DNA of 64,000 nucleotides from Octopus sinensis (Eukaryota): NCBI RefSeq assembly GCF_006345805.1, contig NC_043002.1, positions 83,762,001 to 83,826,000 of the forward strand, read 5' to 3'. Shown piece by piece: positions 13,869 to 27,700 of this stretch (position 1 is its first letter; each line of letters starts with the position of its first letter). The notes under the pieces were generated by a model. It saw only the letters and a program-made list of their open reading frames with translations, ran no database searches and was not told where the DNA came from. The position numbers and the translations under genes were made by a program.

Positions 13869-14209
13869 AGTGAAGGTGTATGGCTCAGTGGTTAGAGCAT
13901 TGAGCTTACGATCGTGAGGTTGTGAGTTCGATTCCCAGACCGGGCTGCGTGTTGTATTCTTGAGCAAGACACTTTATTTCACATTGCTCCAGTTCACTCA
14001 GCTGTAGAAATGAGTTGCGACATCACTGGTGCCAAGCTGTATCGGCCTTTGCCTTTCCCTTGGATAACATCAGTGGTGTGGAGAGGGAAGCCTGGTATGC
14101 ATGGGCGACTGCTGGCCTTCCACAAAACAACCTTGCCCGGACTTGTGCCTCGGAGGGTAACTTTCTAGGTGCAATCCCATAGCCATTCATGACCGAAGGG
14201 GATCTCCTC
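13869..14209 (+). mobile_element. tRNA-derived SINE with 8-bp TSD
   Basis: A box tggctcagtgg, B box agttcgattcc; TSD AGTATACT at 13861-13868 and 14210-14217. Confidence 0.85.
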
Positions 14210-14331
14210 AGTATACTTACTAGCACCAATTCCTTTGAAACAACTATTTCGTTTCTGCCAATATGGTCTGTGTGTCTTGCTGCATCTTAAATTAATAATA
14301 TAACTTATTCCATGAAATATTATCTCATGGA

Positions 14332-14368
<37 letters not shown>

Positions 14369-14440
14369 CTTCCTAATGTAATCAGAGCAAGAGATAATTA
14401 GTTGTATGAGTTATTAGGAGTAAATACAAGATTCATTCTA

Positions 14441-14970
14441 TTGGGTTGTCCAGAAAGTTCATGCCAATTTTTAAAGGAAAGAAAAACGTCAATAAATACT
14501 TGCCATTACATTTTTAATCAACCATTTTCTTGCACAATGCGTCTCCATCTTTCCTTTAACTTGAAAATACCCTCTTCCCAGAATTGAGGTGGTTTCATGG
14601 CAAAGAATTCATCAAGGTATCTTTTTACATCATCCAAGGAATTGAAATTTTTACCATTAAAACTATTCTGCAGAGACCTGAATAAGTGGAAATCTGAAGG
14701 AGCAATATCTGGTGAATATGGAGGGTGGGGTAACACATCCTAGCCGAGCTGCAGCAATTTTTGTCTGGTTCCCAAAGCATCAAGTGCCGAAAATGAACTT
14801 TTTTATCTTCCATTTTAAAGGGTTACAGAATTAACACAGGTTATAGGAACATAAATCTTCTTCCACGAAAAGATAGCTTAAACTGTGCTCTAAAATGGAC
14901 TCAACCATGTTCTAAAATAAGTCGAAAGGTAAGCTACTATAAATCGGCACAAACTTTCCGGACAACCCAG
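14441..14970 (-). mobile_element. Internally deleted mariner element
   Basis: TIRs ttgggttgtccagaaagttcatgcc / ggcacaaactttccggacaaccca; minus ORF LPHPPYSPDIAPSDFHLFRSLQN (YSPDLAP.D motif). Confidence 0.9.
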
Positions 14971-15177
14971 TTTTTTTTATTAGAAATGTTTAACTCATTA
15001 GCATTTAAACCAGCCTAATCTGGTCCAAGTTTCTATCTATTTTATATCCAAACCAGCCAGATCCAGCCTCTCACACCTATTCTACAGTGTCATTCTTAAA
15101 TGAACATTACATTTTAATAGAATAAAACTATTCATGTTCTTTGGAAGTTTAATATTTTTTCTTTGTCTTTCTTTCAG

Positions 15178-15548
15178 TGTATCACTGGGCAGAAGTGAAT
15201 GTTAAAATGCGAGTAATGGGATTAGGCAAAGCCAAAGATGTACAGAGACTAAATGAACAAATGGCAACTGAACTTGGAGCAGAGCTTCTTGGAGAGGCTA
15301 TAATTTTCTTTATTGCAGCAGCTACAATATATGTAGAGTACCAACGCTCTGCCATGAAAGAGCAGGTGAAAGAAGAAGAAAAAACACAAAAAGTTCGTAG
15401 ACTTGAATACCGTATTCAAGAACTAGACATAGTAACAGACCAGCAAGAAGCTCGTATCCGTGAATTATCAAGAATAGTCCTTGATATTCAATCTAAATTA
15501 TGTGATGTAAAGTCTTCAGATGCTCCCTGGTTTCGTCAAAAAAAATAA
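15178..15548 (+). CDS. OPA3: Last coding exon of optic atrophy 3 (OPA3) homologue
   Basis: Polypyrimidine tract ending ctttcAG at 15177. The exon reads (L)YHWAEVNVKMRVMG...LNEQMATELGAELLGEAIIF...EYQRS...KEE, matching OPA3 exon 2 (LYHW.E...KMR.MG; LNEE.A.ELGAELLGE..IF), including the phase-1 junction before YHW. Coiled-coil C-terminus, TAA at 15546-15548. Confidence 0.93.
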
Positions 15549-16639
15549 CTGATTAATAATTGTCTTTCAAATTTAATATCATTTTAGGATATCATTAATT
15601 CTAAAGCTATCTACTATAATGTTACTTTGTTCTGGTGAATTTGTTAGCTATGAAGACAAATTCTCCATTTTACAGTAGTACTGGCAGCTTGACAAGCTTC
15701 TTCATTTCCAAATATTAATTTCCAATTACTTTTCTGTACATAAACCAAAACTAAATTTCTAAATTATTTCGTACACTTTGAGAAGCTTGAAACTTGAATC
15801 TGATTGTTTAAATTCCTGTTATAAATTATATTTTTCTGACACATTGGACTGGTGTAATCTTTGATGTTCTTACTATATCATTATTTATTTTATGATTGAG
15901 GCTGGTGGATTAACAGAATTATTCAGGCATTGGAAAAAATACCTTGTGTTATTTATTCTGATTCTTTGTTCTGAGTTCAAATCCCACCGAGGTCAACTTT
16001 GCCTGTCATCCCTCTGGGGTTTGATAAAATAAAGAACCAGTCAAATACTGGGGTTGATGTTATTGACTAAATCCTCCACAAATTTCAGACCCTTGCCTAA
16101 ATTGAGAAACCATTATTTATTTTATAATGTATCGTTAATTGATATTAAATTTAATTAATGATAGTTGATTTATACAAAGTGTGTATAAATTTATGTAAAA
16201 AAAATGTTATATACAGATGTTTATAAAAGCAAACCTTCACTAAGAGGAAAAATTATCTGGTTATGTCATTCATTTCTTATATTAAGAAAAGATACCAAAT
16301 TACTTTGTAACTGGAATGACTATTGAACATGATAATAAGTCTCACTATGCATCTCAGCAATTTTTTTTTTTTTGTCACTTACTGAATCTGCAAGGGTAAT
16401 GCCCAAAACCTTTGTAGACTTTCCAAGTTCAGTGAGGTTGTACACATTTATCTATCCATTGACCTCCTCATCTCATTTTCCCTGCGAGGGTCATAGGAGT
16501 AAAGTACTCCTGCAACTCCTCTATTGGTTCCTTTCAAAAGCAACTCTCATTAGACTTTCCAGATGGATTCCTGAGCATGACCAACTGAGACTATAGATAT
16601 AATTGAACCATCACGCTTATGGTCTACTCTTAGGTCTCC

Positions 16640-16998
16640 TTACCTGTTGGCTTGGCTTGAAGAATCCATCTTGCAATTTTTTCTAATCACAGTGGCACAT
16701 AAAAAGCACCATCCGATCGTGGCCGTTTGCCAGCCTCGCCTGGCCTCCATGCCGGTGGCACGTAAAAAGCACCATCCAATCATGGCCGTTTCCAAGCCTC
16801 GTCTGACACCCGTGCCGGTGGCACGTAAAAAGCACCCACTACACTCATGGAGTGGTTGGCATTAGGAAGGGCATCCAGCCGTAGAAACATTGCCAGATCA
16901 GACTGGAGTCTGGTGCAGCCTTCTGGCTTCCCAGACCCCAGTTGCACCGTCCAACCCATGCCAGCATGGAAAGCAGACGCTAAACGATGATGATGATG
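16640..16998 (+). mobile_element. SINE with (GAT)n tail; further copies at ~10380-10700, 11970-12470, 13170-13440, 17510-17645, 20610-21060, 25600-25745
   Basis: Shared ccgtccaacccatgccagcatggaaagcggacg..aaacgatgatgat 3' end and internal gccggtggcacgtaaaaagcacc repeats, in both orientations. Confidence 0.8.
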
Positions 16999-17941
16999 GT
17001 GATGTCCATAGTACCAAAGCTGTGACCTCTCAATGCAATGCAGAGAGGTAGCAGCTCAACCTGGAGAGACTCCCTGAGCTGCAGGCTATGCACTCTGTTG
17101 AGCAACAATACTCTAGTAATTCTTCTCAGAAACCCCATTTCGGTTACTTATATTTGTGATTGTACTCTTTCGGTCATTACCTAGCATTCATGTCCATAGG
17201 TGAGGACAGATACGTAAGCAGAATTGAAGATAACTGTTTTTGTTTTTTTTTTACCATTCTCTCTTCAGAGAAATGATTGCTGGAGTGGGTGGATTACTGT
17301 ACCAGTGCCTGCAATTCTAGCATCTAATTCGACCTACTACTTCCCCATTATTCGTATATACAACCCCGAGTAATGTTCTGTTTAAGCTGTTGTGAGTCAA
17401 TACCTGCAGGAAAGGCATGAGAAGAGAGGAGATTCCAGAGAAATGATGTTCCGGCGAAGAAAGACAGCATATTGTTTCGTGTGGGAAAAAATTATTTTAT
17501 GATACTGAATGCTAGGAAGGGCATCCAGCCGTAGAAACACTGCCAGATCTGACTGGGCCTGACGAAGCCTTCTAGCTTCACAGACCCCAGTTGACCCGTC
17601 CAACCCATGCTAGCATGGAAAGCGGACGCTAAATGATGATGATGAATGCCTTGGCTGTACTTTCTGGCAATATTGAGGTAAAAACAGAGTTGTCTACCTT
17701 GACACTGTGTTTGTACAGTATAATGGCTGTACTAACGTTGTACTCAAGATCACTTTGTCAATTATTTCGGTGGCTTATAACAATAATTTCTGCGTCTTAA
17801 AACCTAATTATATATATAACACACATATATAAATATTATTTCTAAATCTCTTAACGAGAGACATTCAGTAACAGTACTTTAAAGTAAAGACTGTTTGCCA
17901 ATATAATGTAGCTGTTCCCGGTTGAGACTGCCAAATTATAC

Positions 17942-17989
<48 letters not shown>

Positions 17990-18174
17990 GTACAAGTTCT
18001 TTTATTTGTTTCAGTCATATATGTGTGTCTATAATGTGGCAGTCTCAACCGGAACTGCTACATTATGTTGGCAAACAGTCTTTACTTTAAAGTACTGTTA
18101 CTGAATGTCTCTCATTAAGAGATTTAGAAATAATATTTATATATGTGTGTGTATTATATATATATATGCATATA

Positions 18175-18248
<74 letters not shown>

Positions 18249-18302
18249 ACATATTATATGCATATATATATATAATACACACACATATATAAATATTATT
18301 AT

Positions 18303-18334
<32 letters not shown>

Positions 18335-18339
18335 ATTAT

Positions 18340-18374
<35 letters not shown>

Positions 18375-18468
18375 CTATATATATAATATATATATATAAT
18401 ATATAATATATATATAATATATATAATATAATATATAATATATAATATATAATATAATATATATAATC

Positions 18469-18519
<51 letters not shown>

Positions 18520-18883
18520 GATAATATATATATATATATATATTATATAATATATATATATATAATATATATATAATAATATATATATATAATATATATA
18601 TATATAATATATATATATATATAATATATATATATATCTATAAAATAATATGTTACAATTATTCAATAGTCAAGATAAAACTCCGAGTTTCGGAGGCCAA
18701 GGTGGAAATCTGGCCATATGAAAATGAAGAGATGGTGTTGTGGATTTCCACTTCGGCATCCGAAATTCGGAGTTTTATCTTGACTATTGAATAATTGTAA
18801 CATATTATTTTATAGATAAATTTCCTCTATTTACATAATATTGAGGTCTCTTTCTTTCTTTTGTTATCTTACCGTTTTTACCA

Positions 18884-18923
<40 letters not shown>

Positions 18924-19329
18924 CACATAGATTGAGATTCGTGTATATTTACATCTCGTACCAGTGTTAAATACATCAGAGTTTTTTTCTTTTTAAGTAG
19001 TTTTAACCATGTAATTATTAAATTATACATGGCTGGCAAAGCAGAGTTATGTACCTTGCTTAACATTTCTGAAGAAGAAAAAATCTGTATCTCCATGTGT
19101 CCATTGATATATAGTATCTCACTTCTATGATCTGCTCTACAATATAACAAAAATATTTCTATCACATCTAAACTAAGTGGCCAGTTAATGAAGAGAGAAG
19201 TGAGATTTAATGATTATTGCTCATAGAAAAAGACAATACTAATTCTCATGCAATTTTGAATTATGCTAAATTATGGAGATACAACCATCTGTATATGTAA
19301 TTATAACCATGTATATATATATATATTCA

Positions 19330-19630
19330 TGTGGAGGCGCAATGGCCCAGTGGTTAGGGCAGCGGACTCGTGGTCATAGGATCGCGATTTTGATTCCCAG
19401 ACCGGGCGTTGTGAGTGTTTATTGAGCAATAACACCTAAAAGCTCCACGAGGCTCCGGCAGGGGGTGGTGATCCCTGCTGTACTCTTTCACCACTCTTTC
19501 TCTCACTCTTTCTTCTATTGGCCTGCTCGCTTAGCCAGCGGGGTGGCATCATTCGAATTCTAAAACAATGCAAACGCATTGGGACCAGCGATGTGTAGCA
19601 ACATCTGATGGTCTGGTCGGTCACTTGATA
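19330..19630 (+). mobile_element. tRNA-derived SINE; homologues at 38040-38325 (-), 51620-51935 (-), 53480-53780 (+)
   Basis: tggcccagtggttagggcagcggactcg...cccagaccgggcg head with pol III A/B boxes; shared gctccacgaggctccggcag body. Confidence 0.85.
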
Positions 19631-19949
19631 TATTCATATATGGACACACATATAATCATTATTTAATGTCCAATTTATGTTTGTATGCATCAGACTGGAG
19701 CAGGTATTCTACAGCTGGATGCCTTTCTCTTGCCATACCTCATCTATTTCCAAGCAAAGTAATATTTCTCATAGCCAGAGACATTTTCCATGGAAGACTT
19801 GAAATGAACAACATTGCCTATATGATAGTGATTCTCATTTATTACCATCACATGATGCCAAGCATCATCAAGAGTACACACACATGTATAAAAATAATAA
19901 TAAACTTATTGTATGCAGTGCTCGGGTGCACTAAAACTCAGAAGAAAAA

Positions 19950-20340
19950 GTAGCCAAAAGTACATGAACCATACATAGAATAATGCATAGGAAGTGAGTT
20001 GTTAAAGGAAAAAAGACAGGGTTATCATGTGTAGTGTTGGTGAATTTCAGGAAGCATGGAAGCTTTGAAGGATGTAGTGTCCCGATAGCTGGTAGTTTAT
20101 TCCATGCTTCAGCAATTCTGAGCATGAAAAAAATGTATCTGAAAGTTATGACTGCTGTGTTGTTTTTTGATTTTGTAAGCATATCCACAATTGTTAGACA
20201 TATGGAGTTCCAGAAAGTGACGAGGTTGCTGTTGGAAAGATGGTGGATAATCTTGTGGGTTTCTTTCAGTTTCCATCTACCACATCCACTCACAAGTGGG
20301 ACTAAACCTGAGGCCGCATAACTGAGAAACAAGCTTCTTA
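19950..20340 (-). mobile_element. CR1/L2-like LINE 3' fragment
   Basis: Minus ORF contains FF..RIAEAWNKLP, typical of CR1/L2 ORF2 C-termini. Confidence 0.55.
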
Positions 20341-22439
20341 ACACTGCCTCACCTGTCCATCACTCATGATAGAAGATGACTTGGTGTCATTGTATACCAT
20401 GCTTTTAGTAATGGTTTGTAGTCACAAACAGATACAGATCTCCCCTCATGCACCTCTTGATCTAGCTGAACATACAGGATGTAGCAGTCTCCTGCATCTG
20501 TACTCAGCTGGTACTTTATTGAACCCCAAATAAACAAAAAGCAGAATTGATTTTGGCAAGGTTTGAACTGAAATACAGATAGCCAGGACACATATCACTG
20601 TGCATTGTATTCAATCATCATCATCATCATTTAATGCCTGTTTTCCATGCTGGCATGGGTTGGATGGTTTGATAAGAGCTAGCCAGCCAGAGAGTTGCAC
20701 CAGGCTCCAATTGTCTGTTTTGGCTAAAGTTCTACAACTGGATGCTCTTCCTGGTGCCAACCACTACAGTGTGTGCTGGGTGCTTTATATGTGAAACCAG
20801 CATTGATATTTTATATGTCACACCAGCATGAGTACTTTTTACGTTGCACCAGCATGAGTGCTCCTTACATGGGACAAGCACAGGTGTTTTTTTACAATGC
20901 ACCAGCACAGATTCTTTCTATGTGGCACCAGCATGGGTGCTCTGTACATGGTACCAGCAGAGTCACTTTTTATGTGGCACTGACACATATTTTTCACATG
21001 GCACCAGCATAGGCATGGTGCTCATTATGTGGCATCAGCATGGGTTCCCTCTATGTGGCACCAAGAATCTTCTAATAAATTTGTCAATTAACAATCTTAC
21101 ACACACAGGGACAGGCTTGATTATGCTTTATGAAGTCCAGTTCCAGTGCTCATTACCCTTGATAAGTTGTCTTCAACAAAAGCTTTAGGTTTACCAATAA
21201 TTTCTAAGGGTATTTGAAATGCATAAACTGCAGGAAATTCAGGATGTAGATGTTTGTTACTTGTCATTGCATGGACGATACAGCGGTGATGTTGTCCATT
21301 CCATGTTCGCATGATGCTCTTTCTTGGTGCTTTCTGGAATATAAAAGATTCTTTTACTTGAAAACAAGGGTTAGGGTTAGTGACAGGAAGAACATCCGTC
21401 TGCAAAAGTCCTGCTTAAAATAACTCACTATTACATCTCTGGTAGTATGGAAAAAACATGTAACTGAAAGAATGATATATGCTTATATATGTGTGTGTGT
21501 GTGTATGTGTATGTATGTAGGTATATATATATGTATAAATGTTTGTTTTATGTTCAGTTATAATAAAAACAATTTTACATTGATCTGAAGTTTATAGTAT
21601 ACTTTTTGTAGAGTACAAATTTATTATTCTTAAACAGGAATGTTGTTGATAGTGACTTTGAAGTTTTGGACAGATAAGCTATCATTGGACAGTGATGGTT
21701 TATTGTCACACAATGGCTTATCTGGCAGAATCTTCAAAGTCACTGTCAACAACACTCTTGTATAAGAGTAAATATAGGTTGTGTATATATATGCTTGAAA
21801 GATATGTATGTGTATATCATCATCTTTATTATTTATTTATGTATGTGGTGTGGGTATTATATATACACATATATAAATAATCAAAATAAGCAACAAGGAT
21901 ATCCAGAGGTAATGCAGTACGATCGTTTCATGCAATTCCATTAACATGAACAATGTAATCATTACATCAATTTAAAATGTAGAGCAATCTTCGCTAGGTT
22001 TCTCTCTATCTCTTCACTCTGTATCCCTATCTCTTTCAATTACCACTTGACTCGATCGGACTTCCTACTTCCCCTCCACACCACCCTGTATAAACTAACA
22101 AAAGCTTTATAGCTTCCTATGTCGATCTCAATACCTTGGCTGGTGAAACTATGAACGCAAAAGATGAAGCATTCCTCCAGAGAGAATTCTTTTAAATTCA
22201 AACTTGTATTTCTGCACGCTTGATTAACCCTATTAGTTTATCTCTATTCTGTTTTACTCCATCTATTTCAGCGCCATGCCATCATGTTAAATATATTACC
22301 CGACAGTTCTGTCTTATCGATGTCTAAGATAAACTAAGCTCATGCATTTCCCCTTAATCCGCAACATATTCTCTCACTCATGAAAGTCCATCACACAGAC
22401 ATTCGTCCCCAATGTCTAGTTGCTAGTTTGCGGTGCGCC

Positions 22440-24632
22440 CGCCCTCGCACCCCCTCCACCTGTACCAGAAGTCCCTATTCTGTCATCCTTGGTTGTCTCC
22501 CATGAACACTTCTAAAGGCCTTACGCCACCCCACCTCCTTCTATTGTCTCCCATGAACACTTCTAAAGGGCCTTCGCCCACCCACCCCCTTCTATATAAG
22601 GTAGTGATCATACAGGGCAAAATATGATTGTAGTGTACGCGGGTTGAACTTAAGACTATTGTTGTTTGTCTATGAATTCTGCCAAATGCGAGCTCTCTTT
22701 TCAGGTACATGACGCCGCTGTCCCCCGTCCCAGGATCTCAAGGGCCCATACCTCCCACACCCTCAGGGTTGGCACTCTCAACGTCAGCACACTGAAAGGT
22801 AGGTCTGGTGAGATTGTTGAGATGCTTGAACGGAGATGTATTGATATGTGCTGCATCCAAGAAATTAGGTGGAGAGGAGGTTCTGCTAGGTTCCTCACAG
22901 GCAAAGAACACAGGTACAAGATTTTCTGGGCAGGGAACACTGATGGAGTCGGGGGCGTGGGTGTACTTCTTGCAGAGAAATGGGTAGATAAGGTAATTGA
23001 GGTTGTCAGAGTATGCGATAGAATATTTAAGATTAGATTAGTGCTCCACCATGGGTTAGCAACCATTATCTTGGCCTGTGCCCCTCAGCCAGGGCTACCC
23101 GATGGACAGAAAGACCGATTCTATGATACCACGTTGACGAATGACAGAGACCTCTTTGTGGCTGGTGACTTCAATGGACATGTTAGACAACATGTCGGGC
23201 GTTTCCATGGCATACATGGAGGCTACGGTTTTGGCTCTCGCAATGAGGAGGGAACCAGGCTGCTGGAGTTCTGTGACGCAAATGATCTTACGCAATACTA
23301 ACTTCAGAAAACCTGCCAGCCAACTAGTCACCTACCACTCGGGCAGACACACTACCAGATTGACTACATCCTCACCAGAAAAAGAGAAAGATGGCTGCTT
23401 ATAAATGCCAAAACCTCCCCAGGTAGTTAGTGACTTCTGGGTAAGTGCTAAATGGTTGCCCAGAAGACGACCAGCGAGGAGAAGAAGGGTCCGGAGACTT
23501 AAAGATCCCGCAAATGGACAGAGATTTAGAGACATATTACTCAAAGCCTTTGACGAAATAGAAGGGGATATAGCTTCCCATGGTATAGAAGACAACTGGA
23601 GGTTCCTACAGGACAACCTGCTAAGGGCCACCGACCAGATCTGTGGATGGTGCAAAGTCCCCTCTCAACCCATAATAACGTGATGGTGGAACAATGTTGT
23701 TGACAGGGCTATTAGACAAAAGAAACAGGCTTGGAAGGACTGGAAAAACGGTGGTAGCAGGGAAGTGTATCAGACTGCCAGAAGGGAAGCTAGGAGGCAG
23801 GTTTATTTAGCCAGAGGGGAAGCAGATAAGAAAAAATTTGCCAATATTATGCACTGCGTGGATGAAAGACTTGAGGTATTTCGTGTTGCAAGACAGTGTG
23901 TGAGAGAGAATCGTGATGTGGTAGGAGAGAAATGTATTCGCTTGGATGATGGTTCACTTGCGCTACATGAGGATGTAAAGAGAGAGGTCTGGAGACGCCA
24001 CTATGAAAGGTTGCTGAATAAAGAAAATGAATGGGAGAAAGAGAGTCTGCCGAATGTTGACCCAACAGAGGGACCAGCTATCCGAGTTGACAGTAGCTTG
24101 GTAGATAAGACAATTAGAAGTATGAAGACAGGGAAAGCCCCAGGCCCATCAGGAATTACTGCAGAGATGCTCAAAATATCTGGCAGTGTCGGTTATAGCC
24201 TAATTACCCGTATAGTTAACCAGGTGATACACGAAGGAGTCATACCCAATGACTGTTGTAGCAGCATAATAGTCAACTGCTACAAAGGTAAAGGTGACAC
24301 TTTAGATACAAATAATTACAGAGGTATCAAGCTGTTGGATCAGGTAATGAAGGTTACAGAGAGGGTCATAGCCCAACTGATTAGGGAGAGAGTCAGCTTG
24401 GATGAGATGCAGTTTAGTTTCATGCCAGGGAAAAGCACCACTGATGCCATATTCCTGGTAAGACAGCTGCAGGAGAAGTACCTAACCAAAGATAAGCCCC
24501 TGTACCTGGCTTTCGTTGACATAGAGAAAGACTTTGACAGGGTCCCCCGATCTCTTATCTGGTGGTCAATGAGGAAACTAGGGATAGATGAATGGTTAGT
24601 GAGAGTGGTGCATGCCATGTACAGGGATGTTG
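22440..24632 (+). mobile_element. RTE LINE with AP endonuclease and N-terminal RT, frameshifted and 3'-truncated
   Basis: LRVGTLNV, CCIQEIRW, GVGVLL, VAGDFNGHV (endonuclease, 22666-23301); GKAPGPSGI, YRGIKLL, QFSFMPGKSTTDAIF, AFVDIEKDFDRVP (RT, 23765-24632); short tandem repeats in the 5' region (22490-22575). Confidence 0.95.
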
Positions 24633-26979
24633 TAAGTAATATAAATGTATACAGGCATACATATACATTCATGTACGTATGTGCACAAGTATAAACATAC
24701 ACGCTTAATTAGACATATATATATATAGACACACACATATGAATAGGTATAAAAACATGTCTAAGTCCTGGCGTATATATATATATACAAAGAACTATTT
24801 TAAAATTGCTGACAGTATAGTAATAGAAATCGGATAAAAGACATGCAAAATAGAACACCATATATCGAATTAACTATAAATAAAGCAGTTAAATGGCTTT
24901 GTAAAATACAATAAAATAAATAAAAATAAAATCTTAAGAATGAAAATAATATATACATATAACAGTTGAAAGTTTTCTTAAGAAATATGTCGAAATAGAA
25001 ACAATATCTAGTTCTCAAATGCAGGGTAATACTAATGATATAGCATGAACAGGTTAAACTACCCATATTTTGCAGAAAAATGTGTCTGTATGTATGTATT
25101 ATTTAAAGCACATGTCAGCAAAGCATAATACATTCTTACAGGTTTGCATATGAGTAGTATAGTTGTCACAAATAGACCCCCACAAGATACAATATGATTT
25201 ACCCAGTGTTATGACATTAGTTTACATAAAAATTATATAACAGAATGTAAACCTCTGACAAACATTCCTCACATAATAAAATATGCGTAGAAAAATATCT
25301 ATTTTTCTGTCTTAATAGAACCATTTCAGAAGACCAATATTGTATTTAGGACTTCCTTCATCATCAGACTTCTTGGAAATGGCTGTAGTAAAACAATGTC
25401 CTGTTATGTATACAAATAGTAGAAGCTGCCAATAACACCAGCTATCATGGGCATCGGAGAAACAGAGATAAAGAATGCAAAATTGTTTTGTATACAATTT
25501 GGAGAATTTAAAATCATTTCAAGTCACAGCAGTTCAATGAGAAATTTATCCTCGTCATCATTATCACCACCACCACCACCACCACCACTACCACCATCAT
25601 CATCATTATTACTTAACCTCTGTATTCTGTGCCAGCATGGGTTGGATGATTTGACAGGGTGTTACAGATCAGAGGATTGTGTCATGCTCCAGTGTCTGTT
25701 TTGCCATGGTTTCTATAGTTGGATGCCCTTCCTTATGCCAACCAGTTAATAATGAAACTAAAACTGAAGTGAACTACAACCAGTGTGTATGTTTATTGGC
25801 ACCATAGCCTGTGCCTTTAATGAAAGATTGTTTAGTCAGATCTGATCTGGAGTTAAACAACAAAACACCTCTCTAAACCTATTTTATTAAACACTTTGCA
25901 CAATCCCTTCTCATCAGAATTCCACCCATCTGTAACACCACAGCAAGCTATTAAGCTTCGCTATCGTCACTCAACCTTCCAGAAGTAATAGCTAAATACC
26001 CCTCAAAGCACACCCATCTTTATTTCTAAAAAATGTTGGGTTGGGATGCATTGGATGATGTAATTTGAGATTAAAAAAATATCTGAGTGGATGAGAAGGC
26101 CATGGCCAGAACGTCTTTGTAAACACTCTTAGACTGGTTAGAGCAATGTAGTTAATGTTCCTCTTAAATTGTTGCAAGTTGATGGCTGTTGGAAAAGAAT
26201 ATGGCCAAGGAGAGGTTTTCTAGGGAGTGCTTAGTAGAGGCCAGGGATACAATACAAAGGACAAGGTTAGGAGAAAATAGTGCCTGAATGAGATAGCATG
26301 ATAGTAGCCAACAACAAAGCCAGAAGTTATTGTAGTACAACTAGACATGTTGAGCGAGAAGACAGCACCTCTGTGGGCTAGAAGTCAGCTAAATACCCAG
26401 TCTTTTTCTTTTTTTTTTACATTCTAGGATAACTATTGTGTATGGCAAAATTGTGTTGTTATGTATAAAGCTATACATTGAAATTTATACATGTACGAAC
26501 AAAGCATCGACCTGCTTGCCATTGAATATAAACTACCAAATGATCACAAAAGACATACCAGTCAGGTAATGCAACAAAACAAACCAATGCTGCTTTGGTG
26601 AAAGAGATATATCTGTTCTTTATTCATTAATAATGTGATTTATTTAGACCATAGAATATTTCATATGTGTAACAAAAGTGAGCTCAGAAAAATGATTCAA
26701 TGAGATTAGTAGCATGACTTTGTGCAGCAAAAATGAATAATGGTACATTAAATATCATTCAAGATAATTTCGTGATTTTTTAAAAATATCTTCACTTTGA
26801 GAGAAAGTAAGCAAACACATGTGGCTGATTTGACCAATTGTACCAGAGAAGGGAAAATAATCTCAAAAACCTAAAGTTATCTAGAACTGGCATGGCATTA
26901 AGGAAAATACTAGCTGGTTGTTCTAGAGGCAAAGGACAGCTATATGTGTTCTGCTGTAATAGGAGTATAAGATATCTAC

Positions 26980-27213
26980 TGGATATATATATTATATGTT
27001 GTGTGGTGTGTATATGTGTTATATATATATGTAATATATATATATTATGTATATATATTATATATGTATATATGTATATATTATATATATTATATATATA
27101 TGTATATATATGTAATATATGTATGTATATATAATGTGTGTATATATATGTGTGTATATGTATGTATATATATTGTGTATATGTGTATATATATAATATA
27201 TATATATGTTATA

Positions 27214-27260
<47 letters not shown>

Positions 27261-27390
27261 GTATGTATATATATATTATGTATATATCTATGTATATATT
27301 ATATATATATGTATATATATATGTATATATATTATGTTATATATATGTATGTATATATATGTGTGTATTATATGTGTGTTTATATAATGT

Positions 27391-27421
<31 letters not shown>

Positions 27422-27700
27422 GTATATATATATATGTATATATATATGTATATATATATATGGTATATATATATATGTATATAATGTATATAGATATATA
27501 TGTATATATATATATGTATATATATGTATATATTATATATGTATATATAATATATATATGTATATATATTATATATATGTTAATATATATATATATATGT
27601 ATATATACTACTATATATATTGTATATATATATATATATATTATGTTATATATATTATAAAGAGAGAGAGTATATATATACTCATATATATATATTAGAT
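26980..27700. repeat. Long compound (TA)/(TG) microsatellite; similar tracts at 18145-18640, 33905-34075, 51010-51180, 51980-52180, 61320-61560
   Basis: Direct reading; source of the many Y/I/C/M-rich spurious ORFs. Confidence 0.97.

Noticed and set aside
17269-17390. Strong acceptor followed by a possible exon
   Set aside because: Frames terminate early and no family was recognised; kept only as a hint under the CpG-domain finding.
27001-27698. Long Y/I/C/M-rich ORFs (and MYVC/HTYI repeats elsewhere)
   Set aside because: Translations of microsatellites.
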